From: Candidatus Omnitrophota bacterium
GTDB taxonomy: Bacteria; Omnitrophota; Gorgyraeia; JABMRG01; JAFGKX01
Reading direction: 5' to 3'
Length of the DNA stretch: 18,905 nucleotides
NCBI GenBank assembly: GCA_020354945.1
Contig: CP070655.1
Location: forward strand, 675,024-693,928
The notes under the pieces were generated by a model. It was not told where the DNA came from. It saw only the letters and a program-made list of their open reading frames with translations, and made no database searches. Shown in pieces: positions 8,152-15,659 of this stretch (the stretch's first letter is position 1; each line of letters opens with the position of its first letter). The position numbers and the translations under genes are program-made.

Positions 8152-8859
8152 TTAGCGAGTGGTATCTTTTATTTCTAGCTGTCTTATATTATTAATTAAA
8201 TCCGGCCTTTTATTAATTGTCCTTAAGATACTCTTTTTTCTGCGCCATAAATTTATCAATCTATGGTTACCCGAAAGCAATATATCTGGAACTTTCATCT
8301 TATTATAGATAGCCGGCCTTGTATATTGTGGATATTCAAGCAAACCAAAAGGGAAAGATTCGTACTTAGAAGATTCGCTATCCCCCAATACCCCCGGGAT
8401 CAATCTAACTATTGTATCTATAACTACCATAGCGGGGAGTTCTCCTCCTGTAAGAATATAATTTCCTATTGAAATCTCTTCATCCACTATATCTCTGATA
8501 CGCTCATCAATGCCTTCATAATGACCGCTGATAATAATAATTCCTTTTCTTCCGCTTAATCTATGAGCCATGGCTTGAGCAAAGAGTTTGCCTTGCGGGC
8601 TCATCAAAATAACTGTAGCATTTCTGTTTTTCTTTTTAACAGACTCAACAGCGTCAAAAACTGGTTGTGGCCCCAATATCATGCCTGGCCCCCCACCGAA
8701 AGGTTTATCGTCTACCTTTTTATGTTTATCTTTGGTATAGTCCCTGATATTATGAAGGTTTATGCTAACCTTTTTAGAGCCTATTGCCCGCCTTATTATA
8801 GATTCCCCAAATACGGCATCAAACATACCAGGAAATAACGTAAGCACATCTATTCTCAT
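8152..8859 (-). CDS. trmD: tRNA (guanine37-N1)-methyltransferase
   Basis: [68 protein letters not shown]; ATG 8859 preferred over GTG 8871. Confidence 0.98.
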   Translation of the reverse strand: MRIDVLTLFPGMFDAVFGESIIRRAIGSKKVSINLHNIRDYTKDKHKKVDDKPFGGGPGMILGPQPVFDAVESVKKKNRNATVILMSPQGKLFAQAMAHRLSGRKGIIIISGHYEGIDERIRDIVDEEISIGNYILTGGELPAMVVIDTIVRLIPGVLGDSESSKYESFPFGLLEYPQYTRPAIYNKMKVPDILLSGNHRLINLWRRKKSILRTINKRPDLINNIRQLEIKDTTR

Positions 8860-8875
8860 CGATAACACCACGTTT

Positions 8876-8932
8876 TAGGATTAAGTTTCAATCTGCAATA
8901 CTTAATCCTTAATTCTCAATCCTTAATCCTTT
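8876..8932. repeat. Heptamer ATCCTTA array (5 units) plus one inverted copy forming a hairpin
   Basis: ATACTTA ATCCTTA ATTCTCA ATCCTTA ATCCTTT (8898-8932); AGGATTAAGT (8877-8886) / ACTTAATCCT (8900-8909) is a perfect 10-bp IR. Confidence 0.85.
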
Positions 8933-9156
8933 TTTAAAAGCGAACGGACGGTCTCGCTTGGTTTTGCACCGACACTAATCCAATAATTTACTCTTTCTTT
9001 ATTGATATTTAATAATGCCGGATTTTTAGATGGATTGTATATCCCTACCTCTTCTATAGACTTACCAGTGGTCGGTACACGAGAATCACACACTACTATT
9101 TTAAAATGAGGTCTTTTTTTACCTCCCATTCTCTTTAACCTTATCACACAAGCCAT
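8923..9156 (-). CDS. rpsP: 30S ribosomal protein S16
   Basis: IRLKRMGGKKRPHFKIVVCDSR, IEEVGIYNP, YWISVGAKPSETV; ATG 9156 preceded by AAGGAGG. Confidence 0.97.
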   Translation of the reverse strand: MACVIRLKRMGGKKRPHFKIVVCDSRVPTTGKSIEEVGIYNPSKNPALLNINKERVNYWISVGAKPSETVRSLLKKD

Positions 9157-9173
9157 TTCGTTTTCCTCCTTGT

Positions 9174-9196
9174 AGGGACGTTTCTGAAACGTCCCT
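9174..9196. repeat. Palindrome AGGGACGTTTC-T-GAAACGTCCCT directly upstream of the rpsP RBS
   Basis: Perfect 11-bp arms; near-identical copy at 14133-14155. Confidence 0.9.
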
Positions 9197-9208
9197 TTCT
9201 CAAAACGT

Positions 9209-10468
9209 TTACTTTTCACGCCGTATATGAGCACCTAAAGATGACAACTTCCGCTCTATCTGCTCATATCCTCTATCTAAATGATAAATACGGGAAATCT
9301 CCGTAGTGCCTTTAGCAACAAGACCGGCTAAAACTAATGCCGCAGATGCACGCAAATCGGAGGCCATAACCGGTGCCCCGGTCAAATTCCTTGGGCCTTT
9401 TATAATTGCACTTTCACTCTCAAGAATAATATCTGCCCCCATTCTATTTAATTCACTAATATGCATAAATCTTTCAGGATATATCTTTTCCGTAACAATG
9501 CTTATTCCTTTAGCCAGGCACATCATAGCCGTTATCTGGGCTTGCAAATCTGTCGGAAAACCCGGAAAGGGCAAGGTAACAACATCAATCGGTCTTATAG
9601 ACTTAGTTGCCTTTACCTTTATGCCGTTATGTTTTTTAATTATTGAGATACCCGCTGCTTTCAATTTATCAATAACTGCCCCGAGATGTTCGATGCGAGC
9701 ATCTTCGATTGTTACATCGCCGCCGGTCATAGCTGTAGCAATCATATATGTGCCAGCTTCTATCCTATCCGGAATTATTGTGTGAGTAGCACCGCCTAAC
9801 TTTTTTACCCCCTCTATTTCTATTATATGAGTACGGTGCCCTTTTATCTTAGCACCCATTTTTATAAGCATCTCTGCTAAATTTACTATTTCGGGTTCAC
9901 AGGCAGCATTCTCGATTCTGGTTTTGCCTTTAGCCAAAGTTGCGGCCGTCATTACATTGGCAGTAGCTAATACTGAAGAGCCGAATGCCCCGCCTAGATA
10001 CATATCCGAACCCTTTAATTGCTTTGATTTAGCGACGACATAACCACGCGAGATATCAATATCCGCGCCTAATGCCTTTAAGCCTTTAAGATGCAAATTT
10101 ATAGGTCTGGGCCCTATAACACATCCACCCGGTAAGGAAACCTTGGCATGTTTTTGCCTTGCTAATAAAGGGCCCAAAACGCAAACAGAGGCACGCATAA
10201 CGCTGACAGACTTGTATGTCGCCGTATCGCCTTTATAATTACCCGGTTCTATAATTAATGTATTATGGTTAAAAACTACTTTTAGCCCTAACCGCTGAAG
10301 GAGCCGCATCATAGTCCTGACATCGCTTAAATTGGGGACATTGTTTATAACACAGCGCTCTTTTGTAAGCAGGCAAGCAGCCATAATAGGCAATGTTGCG
10401 TTCTTGGAGCCGCTATTTTTTATCTTTCCCTTTAATCTATTTTGTCCTTTAATCAGTATTTTATCCAT
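9209..10468 (-). CDS. murA: UDP-N-acetylglucosamine 1-carboxyvinyltransferase
   Basis: SGSKNATLPI, MRAS..VLGPLL, SLPGGCVIGPRP (active-site Cys retained), ENAACEPEI, PDRIEAGT, PGFPTDLQAQ, DLRA, HLDRGY. Confidence 0.98.
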   Translation of the reverse strand: MDKILIKGQNRLKGKIKNSGSKNATLPIMAACLLTKERCVINNVPNLSDVRTMMRLLQRLGLKVVFNHNTLIIEPGNYKGDTATYKSVSVMRASVCVLGPLLARQKHAKVSLPGGCVIGPRPINLHLKGLKALGADIDISRGYVVAKSKQLKGSDMYLGGAFGSSVLATANVMTAATLAKGKTRIENAACEPEIVNLAEMLIKMGAKIKGHRTHIIEIEGVKKLGGATHTIIPDRIEAGTYMIATAMTGGDVTIEDARIEHLGAVIDKLKAAGISIIKKHNGIKVKATKSIRPIDVVTLPFPGFPTDLQAQITAMMCLAKGISIVTEKIYPERFMHISELNRMGADIILESESAIIKGPRNLTGAPVMASDLRASAALVLAGLVAKGTTEISRIYHLDRGYEQIERKLSSLGAHIRREK

Positions 10469-11358
10469 GCAACAACTACTCTGTCTAAGCCGTTGTAATC
10501 CTTTATTATCTTTACATCGTAGAAATCTTTACTCAAAATTTGCCTTACTGCATTTGCAATATCAGGACCAACTTCAAAAAATATACAACCTTTTTCTTTT
10601 AAATAAAATAAGGCCTCTTTACAAATTGTTTCATAAAACTTCAGTCCGTCTTTACCTCCGTCTAAAGCCCTCTTAGGTTCATTTTTTACATCTTTCGGCA
10701 AATCTTTTAACTCTTTAGTTTTTATATACGGTGGATTACAGGTAATAATATCGAAAAAAGACTCGCTCTCCTCTTCCCAGGGTTTAAAAAGATTACCGCA
10801 TCTAAATTCGATCCCGAATGGTCGGGATCCAGAAGAAGTTCTTAAACAAGAATCTTCATTCGGGATATTGCAACTTACATTGTTTAAACGGGCATTCTCA
10901 CAGGCTGTATGTATTGCTTTCTCTGAAATATCAGAAGCAAACATTTTATAATGTGGCAACATTTTTGTCAATGAGATTGCAATATTGCCACAACCGGTGC
11001 ATAGGTCGAGGATGTTAGTTCGTGGTTCATGGTTCGTAGTTCGTAGTTTATTAAGTACGGCATCTACTAAAATTTCCGTCTCTGGTCGTGGAATAAATAC
11101 CCCTTTTTGCACTTTAAACTCAAATCCGTAAAAGCAAGTTTGTCCTAAGGCATACTGCAGTGGTTCACCCTTTACTCTCTGGCTTATTAACTTATTAAGG
11201 CCTTGTCTTTGAAATTGATTAAGTTCGGCATCTTCTGTATAAAGGTCTATTCTTTCGCAGTTTAATAAATGGCAAAAAATATACTCAGCTTCTGTGCGCG
11301 GGTTGGGTAGGCCTTTTACTTTAAGATGCTTTTCTGCGTCTTTTAATTCTGTAATCAT
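10453..11358 (-). CDS. prmC: Release factor glutamine N5-methyltransferase
   Basis: [52 protein letters not shown]; coupled to prfA by ATGA; carries two repeat-derived in-frame segments. Confidence 0.97.
   Translation of the reverse strand: MITELKDAEKHLKVKGLPNPRTEAEYIFCHLLNCERIDLYTEDAELNQFQRQGLNKLISQRVKGEPLQYALGQTCFYGFEFKVQKGVFIPRPETEILVDAVLNKLRTTNHEPRTNILDLCTGCGNIAISLTKMLPHYKMFASDISEKAIHTACENARLNNVSCNIPNEDSCLRTSSGSRPFGIEFRCGNLFKPWEEESESFFDIITCNPPYIKTKELKDLPKDVKNEPKRALDGGKDGLKFYETICKEALFYLKEKGCIFFEVGPDIANAVRQILSKDFYDVKIIKDYNGLDRVVVAWIKY
10811..10866. repeat. 56-bp element with 10-bp terminal inverted repeats inside prmC
   Basis: ATCCCGAATG (10811-10820) / CATTCGGGAT (10857-10866); nested hairpin ATCCCGA-ATGG-TCGGGAT (10811-10828). 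Confidence 0.82.
11016..11050. repeat. Heptamer tandem repeat (TRGTTCG consensus, 5 units) inside prmC
   Basis: TAGTTCG TGGTTCA TGGTTCG TAGTTCG TAGTTTA; encodes [11 protein letters not shown] just before the SAM-binding motif. Confidence 0.88.
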
Positions 11359-12428
11359 TTTATGCCCTGTAGTTTTAGCTTTTTCTCTGCTTTAAGCAGG
11401 GCAAATACAATCTCATCAAGGTCACCTTCCAAAACGGACTCTAACTTATGAATAGTTAAGCCTATCCGATGATCTGTGACTCTTCTGTCCGGAAAGTTAT
11501 AAGTTCTTATCTTTTCACTTCTATCACCGGTGCCAATCTGTCTTTTTCTATCTACGGAGATCTTCCTTTTCCGGTCCCAATCTATTTTGTCTAACAATCT
11601 AGCTCTTAAAACTTTCATAGCCTTATTTTTATTTTTATGTTGAGAACGTTCATCCTGGCATGTAACTACTATATTAGTAGGAAGGTGAGTTATACGCACA
11701 GCAGAATCTGTTACATTTACATGCTGGCCTCCGCGGCCGCTAGAGCGGAACGTATCTATTCTTAAGTCCTTGGGATCTAACTTTACCTCTACCTCTTCTG
11801 CCTCCGGCAACACAGCAACCGTTGCTGCAGAAGTGTGTATTCTGCCGGCAGTTTCTGTAACAGGCACACGCTGTACGCGGTGTGTTCCGCTTTCATATTT
11901 AAATTTTCTATATACGCCTTTCCCTTCTGCAGAAAATGTAATTTCTTTTATGCCCCCTCCTTCTTGCGGCGAGGTATTCATCACATCCACTTTCCAGTTA
12001 TTCTTTTGGGCAAATTTGCTATACATCCTAAATAATTCTTGCGCAAACAACCCTGCTTCAAGCCCTCCAGTCCCTGCTCTTATCTCAACAATGATATTTT
12101 TATCAGCATAAGGCTCTTCAGTAAGAAGCTGCTCTTCGAGCTGCTTTTTAATAGAAGATGTCTTCTCCTGGAGGGTAGAAATTTCTGCCTTGGCCATATC
12201 AATAAATTCTGCCTCGTGTTTTTCTTTAAGCATTTTCTTTAATTTCTCAACCTCTTGCTGTAATTGAAGATACTGCTCGTATTTATTAACCATATCTGAC
12301 AGGGAAGAGAGCTCTTTTGCATATTTGCTATAGGCAGACCTATCCTTTACAACTTCAGGGTCAGCCAATAAACCCTGCAGCTGCTTATATCTTTTTCTTT
12401 TTTCTTCTAATGCTTCGAACATAATCAT
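11355..12428 (-). CDS. prfA: Peptide chain release factor 1
   Basis: [24 protein letters not shown] (PxT motif of RF1), [24 protein letters not shown]; start ATG 12428 or 12422. Confidence 0.98.
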   Translation of the reverse strand: MIMFEALEEKRKRYKQLQGLLADPEVVKDRSAYSKYAKELSSLSDMVNKYEQYLQLQQEVEKLKKMLKEKHEAEFIDMAKAEISTLQEKTSSIKKQLEEQLLTEEPYADKNIIVEIRAGTGGLEAGLFAQELFRMYSKFAQKNNWKVDVMNTSPQEGGGIKEITFSAEGKGVYRKFKYESGTHRVQRVPVTETAGRIHTSAATVAVLPEAEEVEVKLDPKDLRIDTFRSSGRGGQHVNVTDSAVRITHLPTNIVVTCQDERSQHKNKNKAMKVLRARLLDKIDWDRKRKISVDRKRQIGTGDRSEKIRTYNFPDRRVTDHRIGLTIHKLESVLEGDLDEIVFALLKAEKKLKLQGIK

Positions 12429-12468
12429 CTCTTACGCCATGCGAAAGAAAAGATATGAGAAGAAATTC

Positions 12469-12625
12469 AAGCGAAGGCCTATGGCAATTTGAGCAGGGCG
12501 TGCGAGGCCGAGTGGGCATGGTTCGCCCTATTTTACAATTATGCGAGAGCGAGGCCGAGGACTGAGCAAAAAATCCACGCTGGGGATTTTTTGCGTCCCT
12601 GCGAGAATTGCCACAGGCCTGAGCT
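12469..12625 (+). repeat. ~155-nt intergenic structured element (long terminal stem with tandem G.A mismatches, internal hairpin)
   Basis: AGGCCTATGGCAATT (12475-12489) / AATTGCCACAGGCCT (12606-12620) at 14/15; GCAGGG/CCCTGC; internal GCAAAAAATCC (12566-12576) / GGATTTTTTGC (12584-12594); direct repeat GCGAGGCCGAG at 12502 and 12549. Confidence 0.8.
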
Positions 12626-12825
12626 CACTTCTTTCCATATCTTTTCCGGAACTTCTCCACCCTCCCTGCTGAATCGAGCAGTTTTTGCTTGCCTGTGAAA
12701 AAGGGGTGGCATTTAGAGCATATCTCTACTTTTATATTCTGTTTGGTAGAACGTGTATGCATTGCCTCGCCACAGGCGCAGGTTATAGTGGTTTCTTTAT
12801 ATTCAGGATGTAGCTTATCTTTCAT
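12625..12825 (-). CDS. rpmE: 50S ribosomal protein L31 (zinc-binding type)
   Basis: [30 protein letters not shown]; ATG 12825 preceded by AAGGAG. Confidence 0.97.
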   Translation of the reverse strand: MKDKLHPEYKETTITCACGEAMHTRSTKQNIKVEICSKCHPFFTGKQKLLDSAGRVEKFRKRYGKK

Positions 12826-12840
12826 TTGTATTTCTCCTTC

Positions 12841-12875
12841 CATCGATTATCGAGGATCGGCCATCGACTATTGAT
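12841..12875. repeat. Heptamer tandem repeat (NATCGAN consensus, 5 units) in the rho-rpmE spacer
   Basis: CATCGAT TATCGAG GATCGGC CATCGAC TATTGAT; includes the rho stop codon. Confidence 0.7.
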
Positions 12876-14115
12876 TGATGCTCATTAAAAATTCTGCATT
12901 TGTTTTTGTTTTTTTTAATTTTTCGATTAAAAGCCCCATGGCTTCATCACTATTTAATTCATTGAGCGCTTTTCGCATAAGCCATATCCTTCCCAGCTCA
13001 TCCCCATTAAGTAGCAATTCCTCTTTTCTGGTATTTGACCTTTTGATATCAATAGCAGGATATATGCGTTTTTGAAATAGTCCGCGGTCCAATTGAAGTT
13101 CCATATTGCCGGTTCCTTTAAACTCTTCAAATATAACCTCGTCCATCCTGCTACCTGTTTCTATTAATGCAGTGGCTATAATTGTCAATGAACCTCCTTC
13201 TTCCACGTTTCTAGCGGCTCCAAAAAATCTTTTGGGTTTATGAAGCGCGTTCGAATCAACACCGCCTGATAATATCTTACCGCTATGAGGGACTACTGCA
13301 TTATAGGCCCTGGCCAGGCGGGTTATGCTATCCAATAATATCACAACATCCTTCTTGCTTTCAACAAGTCTTTTGGCTTTTTCCAGCACAATCTCAGCTA
13401 CCTGCACGTGCCGCTGGGCTGGTTCATCAAAGGTAGAACTTATAACCTCACCTTTTACGGAACGCTCCATATCGGTAACTTCTTCCGGGCGCTCATCTAT
13501 AAGAAGAACAATAAGAACTGTATCCGGGTAATTAGTGGTTATAGCATTAGCTGTTTTTTGAAGTATTACAGTCTTACCGCTATACGGAGGTGCTACTATC
13601 ATGCCTCTCTGCCCTTTGCCTATGGGGGTAAGCAGATCCATTATCCTTGTTGTTATTTCTTCTGGGTTAACTTCCATCTTAAACCTCTCGTGTGGATATA
13701 GAGGGGTAAGATTGTCAAAAAACACCTTTTCTCTTACTTTCTCCGGATTATCGAAGTTGACAGCTTCGACTTTAAGAAGGGCAAAATACCTTTCACCTTC
13801 CTTGGGTGGTCTTACCTGGCCGCTTATCGTATCGCCTGTTTTCAGGCTAAACCTTTTTATCTGGCTCGGCGAAACATAGATATCATCAGGGCAAGGAAAA
13901 TAATTATAATTAGGCGATCTTAAAAAGCCAAAGCCGTCAGGTAATACTTCAAGCACGCCCTGGCCATAGGTATTGCCTTCTTTCTCTATCCTGGCCTGTA
14001 ATATCTTAAAGATAAGGTCCTGTTTTCTCATCCCGGCCGCTCCATTTACCTTAAACTCCTTTGCCAATTTATTCAACTCCGATACCTTTTTTGTTTTAAG
14101 TTCTTCTATGTCCAT
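12868..14115 (-). CDS. rho: Transcription termination factor Rho
   Basis: [74 protein letters not shown]; AGGAGG RBS. Confidence 0.99.
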   Translation of the reverse strand: MDIEELKTKKVSELNKLAKEFKVNGAAGMRKQDLIFKILQARIEKEGNTYGQGVLEVLPDGFGFLRSPNYNYFPCPDDIYVSPSQIKRFSLKTGDTISGQVRPPKEGERYFALLKVEAVNFDNPEKVREKVFFDNLTPLYPHERFKMEVNPEEITTRIMDLLTPIGKGQRGMIVAPPYSGKTVILQKTANAITTNYPDTVLIVLLIDERPEEVTDMERSVKGEVISSTFDEPAQRHVQVAEIVLEKAKRLVESKKDVVILLDSITRLARAYNAVVPHSGKILSGGVDSNALHKPKRFFGAARNVEEGGSLTIIATALIETGSRMDEVIFEEFKGTGNMELQLDRGLFQKRIYPAIDIKRSNTRKEELLLNGDELGRIWLMRKALNELNSDEAMGLLIEKLKKTKTNAEFLMSINQ

Positions 14116-14130
14116 CTCTTTCTCCTCCTG

Positions 14131-14184
14131 TTAGGGACCTTTCAGAAACGTCCCTTTTTGCTAGGTTTTCAGAAGCGTCCCTAA
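14131..14184. repeat. Palindrome AGGGACCTTTC-A-GAAACGTCCCT plus an extra half-copy, directly upstream of the rho RBS
   Basis: 14133-14155 matches the 9174-9196 palindrome at 21/23; second arm TTTCAGAAGCGTCCCTAA ends at 14184 and can pair with TTAGGGAC (14131-14138). Confidence 0.88.
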
Positions 14185-14192
14185 TCTATCTC

Positions 14193-14792
14193 CTAATCTA
14201 TTTTATCAATCAACTCTTTGGCTTTCCCCTCAAGTTCTTTTAACGAACCGTCATTATGAATAACATAATCGGCATATTTTTCCTTTTCTGAAACCGGCAT
14301 CTGTGCCCTTATCCTTTTAAGAGCTTCTTTTTTAGTTAATCTGCCGTGTTTGGCAACACGCCTTAAGATATTAGAAATTGTAGCTGTAACAACTATTACT
14401 AAATCACAAAAATTTTTCAAACCTGCTTCGATAAGCATGGGGGCATCTATTACAACATATGCGTCTTTGTTTTTCTGCAAAATACCCTTGGTTGATTCTT
14501 CGATTTCGGTAACTACCTTCGGATGAATAACATCGCAAAGAAATTTTAACTTTTCTCTATCTGAAAATACAATATCAGCCAGTTTTTTTCTATCTATTTT
14601 GCCTTTTTCCTTCAGGATTCGCTTTCCAAAAAAAGATATAAGCTGCAGATGGACACTAGCGTCTTTATCCAATATAGAATGGGCTATTCTGTCGGCGTCT
14701 AGCAGCTTTCCGTTTTTAACTTCTGCAATTTTTCCGGCAACAGTGCTTTTGCCAGACGCCAATGTTCCGGTAACCCCAATAATCATAAACAT
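14193..14792 (-). CDS. coaE: Dephospho-CoA kinase
   Basis: IIGVTGTLASGKSTV, LDAD, IDRKKLADIVF, IHP, DAPML.E, RIRAQMP, ADYVI.N; ATG 14786 is an equally plausible start (GAGGT 6 nt upstream). Confidence 0.96.
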   Translation of the reverse strand: MFMIIGVTGTLASGKSTVAGKIAEVKNGKLLDADRIAHSILDKDASVHLQLISFFGKRILKEKGKIDRKKLADIVFSDREKLKFLCDVIHPKVVTEIEESTKGILQKNKDAYVVIDAPMLIEAGLKNFCDLVIVVTATISNILRRVAKHGRLTKKEALKRIRAQMPVSEKEKYADYVIHNDGSLKELEGKAKELIDKID

Positions 14793-14798
14793 ACCTCT

Positions 14799-15007
14799 AA
14801 GCGAAGTAATCGCCTATGAGCAGCAACAGCATTTTTTAGCATTTTACGAGCTAATGTTAATGAGCAAGATAAAACGCCCTCGGGGTGTTTTATCAAAGCG
14901 AAGCAAAAATACTGTTCGACGAAGCCCGAAGGGCTAAGGAGTTATTTTTGCTTATGGAGTAAAATGCGTTAAGAAAAATGCGTGCTGTGAGTAGACGATT
15001 GCTGAAC
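14799..15007 (+). repeat. ~210-nt intergenic multi-stem structured element with tandem G.A mismatches and a C-GAA-G loop
   Basis: GTAATCGCCTA/TAGACGATTGC terminal stem; GCATTTTAC (14839-14847) / GTAAAATGC (14959-14967); GATAAAACGCCC (14868-14879) / GGGTGTTTTATC (14883-14894); AAGCAAAAATA (14901-14911) / TATTTTTGCTT (14943-14953); AGCCC-GAA-GGGCT (14923-14935). Confidence 0.82.
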
Positions 15008-15008
15008 A

Positions 15009-15626
15009 TCAACATTCTGCCCAGTTTTTTCCGGTCTTCATCGTAACCTCTATTGGCACTTTAAGTTTTACAACATTTTCCATTTTTGTTTTGACCATAT
15101 CCTTTAATTGTTTTTCATCTTTATCAAACACATCGAATATAAGCTCATCATGAACTTGCAAAATCATTTTAGATTTTAAATGTCGCCTTTTCATTTCTTT
15201 ATAAATCTCTATCATAGCTATCTTTATTAAATCCGCAGCAGAACCCTGTATCGGGGTATTTATAGCCGTCCTTTCTGCAAACTGCCTGATATTCTGATTT
15301 TCAGAATTTATCTCCGGTATATATCTGCGTCTGTCAAGCATTGTGACTACATAATTATTTTTTCTGGCAAAATCCAATAAATAATCTATATATTTTTTTA
15401 CCTTTTTATATTTAACAAAATAAGCATCGATAAAGGCCTTTGCCTCCTCAGGGGCAATATTTAACTCTTTAGATAAACCATATGGGCTAATACCGTATAT
15501 TATTCCAAAGTTTACGGTTTTGGCCTGGGACCTTTGGACTTCGGTAACTGTATCCTGGGAACAGTTAAAGATTAAAGATGCTGTATAACGGTGGATATCG
15601 GTTCTTTTTTCGAAGGCTTCTATCAA
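15009..15626 (-). CDS. polA: DNA polymerase I, C-terminal part of the polymerase domain (motifs B and C)
   Basis: DIH..TA, RSQAKTVNFGIIYG, AERTAINTPIQGSAAD, LQVHDEL. Confidence 0.85.
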   Translation of the reverse strand: MIEAFEKRTDIHRYTASLIFNCSQDTVTEVQRSQAKTVNFGIIYGISPYGLSKELNIAPEEAKAFIDAYFVKYKKVKKYIDYLLDFARKNNYVVTMLDRRRYIPEINSENQNIRQFAERTAINTPIQGSAADLIKIAMIEIYKEMKRRHLKSKMILQVHDELIFDVFDKDEKQLKDMVKTKMENVVKLKVPIEVTMKTGKNWAEC

Positions 15627-15659
15627 TTCAGAATCCTCTGATAAATGGGCTAATATTCG

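Noticed and set aside
8064-9234. N-terminal extensions of L19 (from 8141) and S16 (from 9234), and similarly MetV (4100) and L31 (12843)
   Set aside because: Downstream ATGs have better SD sequences or family-typical N-termini; the extensions run through repeats or upstream genes.
12566-12594. Simple intrinsic terminator after rpmE
   Set aside because: The T-run is part of the stem rather than a trailing U-tract, and the hairpin is nested in a larger element; termination is not excluded but is unsupported.
5-12875. CRISPR array interpretation of the repeats
   Set aside because: Units are 7-nt tandem repeats or isolated palindromes without unique spacers, and there are no cas genes.
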